Part shown: in pieces, positions 56,555 through 64,000 of the stretch | How positions within the stretch are numbered: position 1 is the first letter of the stretch | How the letters are laid out: every line of letters begins with the position of its first letter | Assembly (NCBI GenBank): GCA_027026255.1 | Contig: JALVOT010000017.1 | Location: 177,670 to 241,669, forward strand | Length of the DNA stretch: 64,000 nucleotides | Reading direction: 5' to 3' | Origin: a candidate division WOR-3 bacterium | GTDB taxonomy: Bacteria; Hydrothermota; Tepidihabitantia; SM23-42 | Position numbers and translations under genes: made by a program | The notes under the pieces: generated by a model | Databases searched by the model: none | The model's input: only the letters and a program-made list of their open reading frames with translations | What the model was told of the DNA's origin: nothing

Positions 56555-56961
56555 AAGTCTGGATATTTATGGGAAGCAAATCGGATATTGAAATAATGTC
56601 CCATGCCGAGGAGGTCTTAAAATCACAATCTGTTCCCTATGAAAGGTTTATCTATTCTGCACACCGGGAACCAGAAAAGATTCGTGAGTTGATACAAAAG
56701 GCAAAATCTCAAGATGTAGTTGTAATCATCGCCGGAGCGGGATTATCCGCACATCTGCCTGGATTCATCGCCTCACTCACCGATATCCCGGTGCTGGGTG
56801 TTCCCCTGCCCGCATCTTCACTTGGAGGAATCGATTCACTCCTTTCAATTGTGCAGATGCCTAAGGGAGTGCCGGTCGCAACATTCGGAATCGGTAAGCA
56901 TGGGGTAGTAAATGCGGCGATATTCGCCTGCCGACTCTTTAAACAGTTAGAGAAAAAATAA
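56551..56961 (+). CDS. purE: N5-carboxyaminoimidazole ribonucleotide mutase (PurE-family).
   Basis: 136-aa ORF with the regions MGSKSDIEIM, VIIAGAGLSAHLPG and PVLGVP. Confidence 0.75.
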   Translation: MKVWIFMGSKSDIEIMSHAEEVLKSQSVPYERFIYSAHREPEKIRELIQKAKSQDVVVIIAGAGLSAHLPGFIASLTDIPVLGVPLPASSLGGIDSLLSIVQMPKGVPVATFGIGKHGVVNAAIFACRLFKQLEKK

Positions 56962-56973
56962 TCTATATATCCA

Positions 56974-58050
56974 ATGATAATTAATATTAAGCAGGCAGAC
57001 AGGGCTTGTGATAAAATTATTCAGACCCTTGAAAAAGGCGGCATTGTGGCTATTCCCACCGATACGGTCTACGGCCTTGCGGTCGACGGCACAAATAAAT
57101 CAGCGGTGCAGAATCTTCTGGCATTAAAGAAAAGAAAGAATCGTCCCTTCACATTTTTTATTCCCAAAGTAAAGATCGACAACTATGCCGTAATAACAAA
57201 AAAGCAGATAATTGAACACCTTATCCCCGGTCCTCTAACCATAATCCTGGAAAAAAGGTGTAATGTATCACTCCCTTTAATTGACAACAAGATTGGTATA
57301 AGGGTTCCAAAGACCGACTTCGTCATTGAATTATTAAACCGATTTGATAAACCCCTGGCGGTGACAAGTGCTAACCTCACGGGATATCCACCCATAATCT
57401 CGGCATACGAAATTGTCGAAAAATTTCCTGAAGTAGAGATTGTTGTCGATGCCGGAATATTAAGCCCCCGGGTATCAACCATCGTTGATTTAACCACCAC
57501 ACCGCCACTAATAAAAAGAAAGGGCGCCTTACCAATCCTGAAACTGGAAAAGATATACGGCGATTCTCTCTTAATGGATAAAGACCTTAAATTCAATGTC
57601 CTCTTTGTCTGTACCGGTAATACCTGCCGCAGCCCAATGGCAATGGGGCTCCTTGAGACCCTGATCGAACCTCGATTCGCGCAAATCGATTCTGCAGGCA
57701 CCGCAGCAATATCAGGACTGCCCCCGGCACAATTCGCAATCGATATTGTAAAAGAATTTGGCGGTTCAATTGAAAACTATCAAACCAAATATCTATCCTG
57801 TGAACTTATTGAATGGGCCGATTTGATCCTGGTAATGGAACAGAAACATTATAATGCTGTTTTAGAGCTATTGCCCCGTTCAAAGGCAAAGCTGTTTTTC
57901 CTGCGCGCTTATAAAAAAAATGGAGAAGAAAGAGAAGTCCCTGACCCTGTAGGCCGGGGCCGTTCGGCATACGAAAGGGTTGCAAAAATTATGCTCCCAT
58001 CATTAAAAAAAGTGGCACAGGATATAAAAAATCGTTTTAGACAAATATGA
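56974..58050 (+). CDS. Fusion of threonylcarbamoyl-AMP synthase (TsaC/Sua5/YrdC) with a low-molecular-weight protein-tyrosine phosphatase.
   Basis: The N-terminal YrdC domain has GGIVAIPTDTVYGLAVD. The C-terminal domain has the LMW-PTP P-loop VLFVCTGNTCRSPMA (CX5R) and an Asp loop. Confidence 0.8.
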   Translation: MIINIKQADRACDKIIQTLEKGGIVAIPTDTVYGLAVDGTNKSAVQNLLALKKRKNRPFTFFIPKVKIDNYAVITKKQIIEHLIPGPLTIILEKRCNVSLPLIDNKIGIRVPKTDFVIELLNRFDKPLAVTSANLTGYPPIISAYEIVEKFPEVEIVVDAGILSPRVSTIVDLTTTPPLIKRKGALPILKLEKIYGDSLLMDKDLKFNVLFVCTGNTCRSPMAMGLLETLIEPRFAQIDSAGTAAISGLPPAQFAIDIVKEFGGSIENYQTKYLSCELIEWADLILVMEQKHYNAVLELLPRSKAKLFFLRAYKKNGEEREVPDPVGRGRSAYERVAKIMLPSLKKVAQDIKNRFRQI

Positions 58051-59519
58051 AAGTTATACTTGCCGGTTATAATATCGATATCAATCTCTTAAAGCAGAAA
58101 GAAAAAAATATTGTTTTAAGCCCGGAATCGATCTCTGCTGCCTACGCCCGGATCAGTCGAAGTCCAAAATCGGTCAATAAATTGAGAGAGGAGGCAAGAA
58201 ATGAGGTTACCAGGGCACGCCGTTCTAACCGAAGAATCATCTTTGAAATGGGGCACCATTCGGTTGCCGAACATTCGGTCTTCAATTTTGATATTATTGG
58301 AATTTCAAGAAGGGCGGTGGAAGAGTTGGAAAGATTTCGACTCTGCTCATACACTGAAAAATCCCAGCGTTATGTAACATTAAAGGGGGATTTTACCATT
58401 CCGGATGAAATAAAAGGTTCTAATCTTGAAGATGATTTCTGTAATATAATTCATATTCAGAATAACCTTTATAAGACCCTTTTTGTGAAATTAAAAAACT
58501 ATTATTTCAAAAAATTTTCTGATTTAGTCAAAGAAAAAAAATCACAACGCCTTTTAGAAAATCGGGCGAAGGAAGATGCCCGGTACATCCTGCCCTTAGC
58601 AACCCAGACCCAGCTCGGGGCGACAATCAACGCCCGGAATCTTGAATTGATGATTCGCAGATTTGCCTCCCATCCCCTTGCCGAAATAAGAGAACTGGGT
58701 AAAAAACTTTACACAAAAGTAAAAAAAATTGCCCCCTCAATAATCCTCTTTTATCAGGCAAATGACTATGACCGTTTTACCTATGCTGAACTTTCGGCAT
58801 TTGCACAGAAGCTGAAGTTCAGCCAGAGAAATGCAAAATTCGATGATGTAGAACTGATATACTGCACCCCTGATGCCGACAACAGGATTCTTGCCGGCTT
58901 ATTATTCAGGGTATCGGATAAGGATTTTAAAACCTGTCTGCAGACTGTGCAAAAGATGGATAAAAAGAAAAAGGTTGAACTCTTCAAAAGGGCCTGCTGC
59001 CACTTAGAATTATATGATACTTTATTAAGGGAATTTGAGTTTGTAAATCTCTGTTATGGATTAGTGGTATCCGGCGCCTGTTTCGGACAATTAAAAAGGC
59101 ATCGGATGGCATCAATCACCTGGCAGGCATATAATCCTGACCTTGGGGTAACAGTGCCAGAGGCAATCAGGAAAATTGGCGCCAAAACAGAGTTTATGAA
59201 AATTATAAAAAAAACCGAAAATATGTATAAAAAGATTGAGAAAAAACATCCCGGGATTGGCAGTTATATCCTCACCAACGCCCATCAGAGAAGGGTATTA
59301 CTCAATATTAATTTAAGGGAACTCTACCACATTTCAAGATTAAGAGAAGACCCAACCGCCCAATGGGACATCAGAAACAAAGCTGAAAAACTTTCCCGAT
59401 TGGCAAAAAGTCGGCTGCCGATTACTACACTGCTGCTTGGGGGTAAAAGCGATTACCCCGGATTATATAAAAGATTATTCGGCAAAAACCCGAAGGTTAC
59501 CGCGGTCCCTGAACCTTAA
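58047..59519 (+). CDS. thyX: Tandem-domain flavin-dependent thymidylate synthase (ThyX-ThyX).
   Basis: 490-aa ORF. The N-terminal repeat has GHHSVAEHSVFNFDIIGISRRAVEELERFR..S (RFR in place of RHR). The C-terminal repeat has the canonical QLKRHRMAS (RHR-x7-S-like). Confidence 0.75.
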   Translation: MKVILAGYNIDINLLKQKEKNIVLSPESISAAYARISRSPKSVNKLREEARNEVTRARRSNRRIIFEMGHHSVAEHSVFNFDIIGISRRAVEELERFRLCSYTEKSQRYVTLKGDFTIPDEIKGSNLEDDFCNIIHIQNNLYKTLFVKLKNYYFKKFSDLVKEKKSQRLLENRAKEDARYILPLATQTQLGATINARNLELMIRRFASHPLAEIRELGKKLYTKVKKIAPSIILFYQANDYDRFTYAELSAFAQKLKFSQRNAKFDDVELIYCTPDADNRILAGLLFRVSDKDFKTCLQTVQKMDKKKKVELFKRACCHLELYDTLLREFEFVNLCYGLVVSGACFGQLKRHRMASITWQAYNPDLGVTVPEAIRKIGAKTEFMKIIKKTENMYKKIEKKHPGIGSYILTNAHQRRVLLNINLRELYHISRLREDPTAQWDIRNKAEKLSRLAKSRLPITTLLLGGKSDYPGLYKRLFGKNPKVTAVPEP

Positions 59520-59694
59520 GCGTCAGAGACGGGGTTTAACATTCGACATATTATTCCGGAAATCAAAATTGCTGGCGAAGAGTGTCATAACAGTATAGGT
59601 GTAACAAAATTTTCTTAAGTGTTGAACACAGTGTCCGGAAACATTCTGGGTTGACACAACCAGGATTATGAATATCATAATCCTGAGGTGAAAT

Positions 59695-60138
59695 ATGTTA
59701 AATCAAAAAATTTCTGAAAGGAACAGAATTGTGGCCAGATATCAGGATGGAAGGATTATAAAAGGTTATACCCATGACTTCTCCCCGGCAAAAGAGACCT
59801 TTCATCTAACCGTTGTCAAAGAAGGAGTTGAAGGCGAAGTAATTGAAATTAACACCACAGAACTGAAGGCGATATTTTTTGTCAAATCATTTGAAGGCAA
59901 AAAAGACTACAATGAGAAGAAACAATTTAACGAAGTTGATATATCGAATCTGCGTGGGATGAAGATTAAAGTAGAATTTAATGACGGTGAGATTATTCGC
60001 GGTGTAAGTCTGGGCTATAGTAAACAGAGAAAAGGATTTTTCATCGTCCCCCTTGACCCGGAAAGCAATAACGAAAGAATCTATGTTATCGCCCGCTCCG
60101 TAAAAGATGTTAAATTAGGAAGTTTAGCCGATTCATAG
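59695..60138 (+). CDS. Hypothetical protein.
   Basis: 147-aa ORF with a TTGACA-17-CATAAT promoter upstream. I found no recognisable motifs. Confidence 0.4.
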   Translation: MLNQKISERNRIVARYQDGRIIKGYTHDFSPAKETFHLTVVKEGVEGEVIEINTTELKAIFFVKSFEGKKDYNEKKQFNEVDISNLRGMKIKVEFNDGEIIRGVSLGYSKQRKGFFIVPLDPESNNERIYVIARSVKDVKLGSLADS

Positions 60139-60440
60139 GCGGCGATGGTTAATTGATACTCTGGTCTCAAGCCACAATATAAAAATCCACCCCCGGGCAA
60201 AACACTGTCCGGTGAAATAATCGGCACGGTGGATTTTGTAAAAAACTAACGATGCACTATCCCCCCATAAGAATGGGAAATGTTTCCAACCACTGAACAG
60301 ATTGTAAGCCGTTGATGGAATCATTCAGGGATTTGAAAATAGACATCGTGTTGATGTAAATGATTCGGCTAAGATGGACTGAAGAGGAATAAATAACATT
60401 CGATAAACTAAAAAATTCTCAACCACCGTTCTCAAAGAAA

Positions 60441-60476
60441 AAGGGGGATGGTAAAACCATCCCCCTTTTTTGTTTT
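60441..60476. terminator. Bidirectional intrinsic terminator.
   Basis: AAGGGGGATGG-taaaa-CCATCCCCCTT followed by TTTTGTTTTT, with an A-tract on the opposite strand. Confidence 0.8.
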
Positions 60477-60483
60477 TCTTTCG

Positions 60484-63375
60484 CTATTTCACTATAATAA
60501 ATGATCTATTCGTATTTTTCTCCGGAGTTTCAACGCGAATAAAGTATATTCCGCTTGCAAAATCAGCACTATTAATCTTTAAACTGTATTCTCCGGGTTT
60601 TTTCGTTTCATCCACAAGCCGTTTTTGTAATCTTCCAGTAATATCATAGACCGAAATTTTCACGGGTCCCTTCTTCTGCACATTGTAATTCAACTGCGCT
60701 GTTCTTCGCACCGGGTTGGGCGCCAGAGAAATTTCCTTAATATAACCGGTCTTTACCTCGGCCATTCCTGCAACCCAGTCACTGCGGTCAAAATAGGCAG
60801 CCTGAACATATGGGCTTGTCCAGCTCAGATAGACAATACCGAAAACACCATCACCGATATATTCAATTGACGGCTTATTGTAGTATGGTTGATGATCGGC
60901 GATGCTGACCGGAGATGACCAGGAACCACTGTAATTACGCCAGGTATATCTCAATTCCCGGGGCGAAGTGTAAATCCGGTAAATCACGCCTTCACCGCCG
61001 CCGTCCCGACAGGTGACATCCGGAGATTCCTGAATTATTGTCGTATCATCAAAGAAATCCCAGCGCCAGTTATTACCTCCATTATAACTTGTGCTGTAGC
61101 GAACCCAGAGCCTTGCCCCATGATAATCATAAGCAACAATCATCGTATCTTTATAAGCACTAATTGCGGTGTAATCTGTACCTGTACCCACATTATAAGT
61201 ATAGAGAGTAGAAAAACTCTCACGAACAACCGGAACATTGGCGGTATAGCGCCGGTAATTTGCTTTGGTAACGGTAACAAGCATTGTATCACCCACGCTC
61301 TGTGCAGGTATATGAATAGCAACCGGAGACCCGGTCCCCTGAGCAACCCCGATTATCTCACCGTTGACTGTCAAGGCGATAACAGATTGATTATTGGCGG
61401 TAACTCTGAATATAGTATCACCTTCAAACAGATAGGAATTATGACTCACATTGAGATTCTGGGGCACCCTGCTGTATAAAGTCATAAAACAATCACCATG
61501 ATGATGGAACAGTCCATAGGTTATAGATTTACTACTGGTATTATAAGGCCAGTTATGTGCGGAAAGATAGTATTTACCATAGGTCTGAGCCATACAGGGT
61601 CGAAGATTATCAGGCCCGGTCATTTCATAGGTTGGGTATCCCGGATCAAATTGAGGCCAGAGACAGTCATAGGTTCCCCATACATAGGTATCATTAACAA
61701 AAGAATAACTGATTCTCGTTGCCGCATTTACACCAAGGGCACCGTGTGTTATCCGATGGAATTTTTCAGTAAAACAGCGTCTTGAGTAATCATACCAACC
61801 GGTCCGACAATTGGTTGAATATACAAATGGGAACATAGTATTGGTCAAACTATTAAGGTTTGTAGTATCATAACTGGGTTCACCCCAACCATCAATATTT
61901 CCGTGGTCCCGATGCTGAACAATAAATGCCCCTGAATTTATGGCATTATTGATTCCATTCACTGAACCGCTATTCCACCAGGTTGAATTATGCTGATTTA
62001 AGGTGTCATCAAGCCAGCCTGTATTATACCAGTATTGAACCACAGTGCGGGTATTGGGTGCCGTAGACCAGGGTCCGCCAACAGTTGGTGTTCCTGAATA
62101 GATCTTATATTGTCGCGCCGGAGTTTTATGCAAACTATGAATAAAGAAACCCCTTACCACCTCACAACAGAGCTGAAACCATCTTTGGGTCTGCCAGGCA
62201 CCGGCAACCAGAGGGTGGTCATAAAAATTGGTCGAGGTGTAGGGATTTCGTTCATAGTTCAGCATTTTATTAATCATTGTGGAAAGGTCAGCACCTGTTC
62301 GGGCACAGATTCTTCCATGATGAAGTTCCGGCAGTGTATCACCATCAAAATCTGCATACCAGTTATCAGAAGTCATAGTCCCCTCGTGTGGATGACGGAT
62401 ATGGGGGGATGTAATACCATAGGCATCACCGCTTGCCGGATAGTCTGACAACAATAAAAAGGCAACGGGTGCAGGATCCCAGTTATTATATGCATTCCGC
62501 AAGAAATTTTTGATTGAAGCAGAATCTGAACCGCCCACATCGTTTAGAGTATAGACTTCACATGATATACCCTGCAGTTTCCGCCACCGCTTCAGGGTAT
62601 CAGCCCAGGCTTCAAATGTCGCATCATTAGGAACGATAATAATATATTCATAACCGGCCCGTGCCTGCATTCGTTTACGAGAGTAGAAGTCAATCTTCGG
62701 CAGTGATTTATAATTCAGAATATTACCCTGTAATATCGGTTCCCAGAATCTGCTCCTTAATCGGTCCTCACCAAAATGGCCGTTGCCGCCGATGAACTTA
62801 ACCTTAAGTTTGACATCCTTATAGACGATCAATTCCTTAGTCACCGGATTATATCTAAATGGATTGATTGCCAGCATAACAACATCCACACCCCGAATCT
62901 TTTTTGGTTTAGAAACCACCACAATCTTTTCCGGGAAATAGGCATTGCGTGCATAAATCTCGGGGTCTTTATGAAACCGTAAGGGAGAATCATCATTCTC
63001 TTCAGGAATATTCGGTGCCGGGGCAACAAGGACATTATGATAGACCTCGGTGCGCATATTTAGAATTTCCACCTCAACCCGTGCTCCCTGAGGAATTGCG
63101 ATATATCTTGAGACCGCACCAAGATTGGGTGAGCCTTCGTCAGTAGGCAGGAAAATACCGGGGACGCCGAAATTCTTCATCATCACGCCATCAATATTCA
63201 CATCTTCAATCACCATTTCGTGCATACTGAAGACAAGATCCACACCCTGGGATGACTGGTTCGTGACATTAATTAATGGATTCTCTGCCCAATTGTTGTC
63301 AAATTTTACTGTCCGAGCAAAACTTGCAACAAAGACCATCAAAAACAAAGTAATTATTTTCTGTTGAGTAGACAT
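60484..63375 (-). CDS. Gingipain-like peptidase C25 with a T9SS C-terminal sorting domain.
   Basis: 963-aa ORF with a signal peptide and a propeptide/catalytic arrangement (YEYIIIVPNDATFEAWADTLKRWRKLQGISCEVYTLNDVG) that is typical of C25. The C-terminal CTD is GIYFIRVETPEKNTNRSFIIVK. Confidence 0.75.
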   Translation of the reverse strand: MSTQQKIITLFLMVFVASFARTVKFDNNWAENPLINVTNQSSQGVDLVFSMHEMVIEDVNIDGVMMKNFGVPGIFLPTDEGSPNLGAVSRYIAIPQGARVEVEILNMRTEVYHNVLVAPAPNIPEENDDSPLRFHKDPEIYARNAYFPEKIVVVSKPKKIRGVDVVMLAINPFRYNPVTKELIVYKDVKLKVKFIGGNGHFGEDRLRSRFWEPILQGNILNYKSLPKIDFYSRKRMQARAGYEYIIIVPNDATFEAWADTLKRWRKLQGISCEVYTLNDVGGSDSASIKNFLRNAYNNWDPAPVAFLLLSDYPASGDAYGITSPHIRHPHEGTMTSDNWYADFDGDTLPELHHGRICARTGADLSTMINKMLNYERNPYTSTNFYDHPLVAGAWQTQRWFQLCCEVVRGFFIHSLHKTPARQYKIYSGTPTVGGPWSTAPNTRTVVQYWYNTGWLDDTLNQHNSTWWNSGSVNGINNAINSGAFIVQHRDHGNIDGWGEPSYDTTNLNSLTNTMFPFVYSTNCRTGWYDYSRRCFTEKFHRITHGALGVNAATRISYSFVNDTYVWGTYDCLWPQFDPGYPTYEMTGPDNLRPCMAQTYGKYYLSAHNWPYNTSSKSITYGLFHHHGDCFMTLYSRVPQNLNVSHNSYLFEGDTIFRVTANNQSVIALTVNGEIIGVAQGTGSPVAIHIPAQSVGDTMLVTVTKANYRRYTANVPVVRESFSTLYTYNVGTGTDYTAISAYKDTMIVAYDYHGARLWVRYSTSYNGGNNWRWDFFDDTTIIQESPDVTCRDGGGEGVIYRIYTSPRELRYTWRNYSGSWSSPVSIADHQPYYNKPSIEYIGDGVFGIVYLSWTSPYVQAAYFDRSDWVAGMAEVKTGYIKEISLAPNPVRRTAQLNYNVQKKGPVKISVYDITGRLQKRLVDETKKPGEYSLKINSADFASGIYFIRVETPEKNTNRSFIIVK

Positions 63376-63386
63376 ACTTAACCTCC

Positions 63387-64000
63387 TTATCGATTCGATG
63401 CGGGTTTAAAATTACCTGATTCATTCTGCGCCGATTTTCCTGGATTTTTTGCAATCACTTTAACCTGGTTACTGGTATTAATATAGGAGGCAATAAGATA
63501 ATATCGTTCATAGCCTTCATTAAAACTCGCATCAAGCCCCCGGTCTGCATCAGTAATATAGGTATCAACATCAGTCCAGGAAACAGCCTGGGGATCATCC
63601 CATAGAAAGTGCAGGGTGCCACTATAGCAAATAGCAAAGTAATAGAGCCGATTATTAAGGCCATCCTGATTACTGGTAAGCGCTACCTCTTTTATTGAAT
63701 CCCCTGCGACTGAAAAGACATTGATATACGGCCGTCCATTGCTAAAGTTCTCTGCGAGACCATTTGTAACCTTGAACTGACGCAGCCTGGCATCGGTCTG
63801 TCCCGTGCCGCCGGTATACGCCACAAAACAATGCGTATCCACTACGGTTGCCGACAAATCATTAATCCTGTAAGCAGCACCGAACTGGAATGTCTCGGCC
63901 CAGGTTGAACCTCCATTGGTTGAAAGATTGACCGACCAGTAATAATTTGGCCCTGATCGATAGAGTAGTATTGCAAAGAGATTTCCTGAAGCACGATGGA
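63387..64000 (-). CDS. C-terminal part of a BNR-repeat protein, truncated by the window edge.
   Basis: The reading frame stays open upstream of the annotated TTG start all the way to the window end and contains STNGGSTW (BNR/Asp-box). Confidence 0.5.
   Translation of the reverse strand, partial: HRASGNLFAILLYRSGPNYYWSVNLSTNGGSTWAETFQFGAAYRINDLSATVVDTHCFVAYTGGTGQTDARLRQFKVTNGLAENFSNGRPYINVFSVAGDSIKEVALTSNQDGLNNRLYYFAICYSGTLHFLWDDPQAVSWTDVDTYITDADRGLDASFNEGYERYYLIASYINTSNQVKVIAKNPGKSAQNESGNFKPASNR

Overview
This 64 kb window is a gene-dense bacterial chromosomal segment with moderate GC content and short intergenic gaps. It looks like it comes from an FCB-group or candidate-phylum organism that uses a type IX secretion system (T9SS). 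The evidence is at least four large secreted proteins ending in a T9SS C-terminal sorting domain and two PorV/PorQ-like outer-membrane proteins.

Housekeeping genes I can recognise:
- ileS (type 2)
- asnA
- a purD-purE-tsaC(fused to LMW-PTP)-tandem thyX operon
- purQ
- an archaeal-type fructose-1,6-bisphosphate aldolase/phosphatase
- an endonuclease III-like glycosylase
- a pcrB-like GGGP synthase
- a pair of acyl-CoA dehydrogenases
- three tRNAs: Glu-UUC, Glu-CUC and Leu-CAG

Accessory and regulatory content stands out in five ways:
1. A roughly 20 kb co-directional minus-strand array runs from 22913 down to 2041. It couples a four-gene module of unknown membrane proteins to a DUF4388 protein, two roadblock/LC7 proteins and an ExbB-ExbD-ExbD-TonB energiser. 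Next come a lipoprotein, a SusC-like TonB-dependent receptor, a PorV-like protein and T9SS cargo (a C10 peptidase fused to an LVIVD propeller, and a BNR protein).
2. Three genes of that membrane module recur as a diverged paralogous copy in inverted orientation at the left edge of the window.
3. A sigma54 promoter with two upstream palindromic activator sites drives a small Pro-rich secreted peptide and a c-di-GMP / two-component / PilT operon.
4. A family of 8-9 intergenic repeat elements has terminal inverted repeats (CTCCTCTCCACTTTTT ... AAAAAGTGGAGAGGAGTCAG), an internal variable-number 27-bp tandem repeat and a GC hairpin. Their ends sit at a fixed 16-nt phase upstream of the -35 hexamer of flanking sigma70-type promoters.
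5. Many of those promoters appear to be leaderless, with the -10 element 6 nt from the ATG.

No CRISPR array, rRNA gene or recognisable transposase is present.
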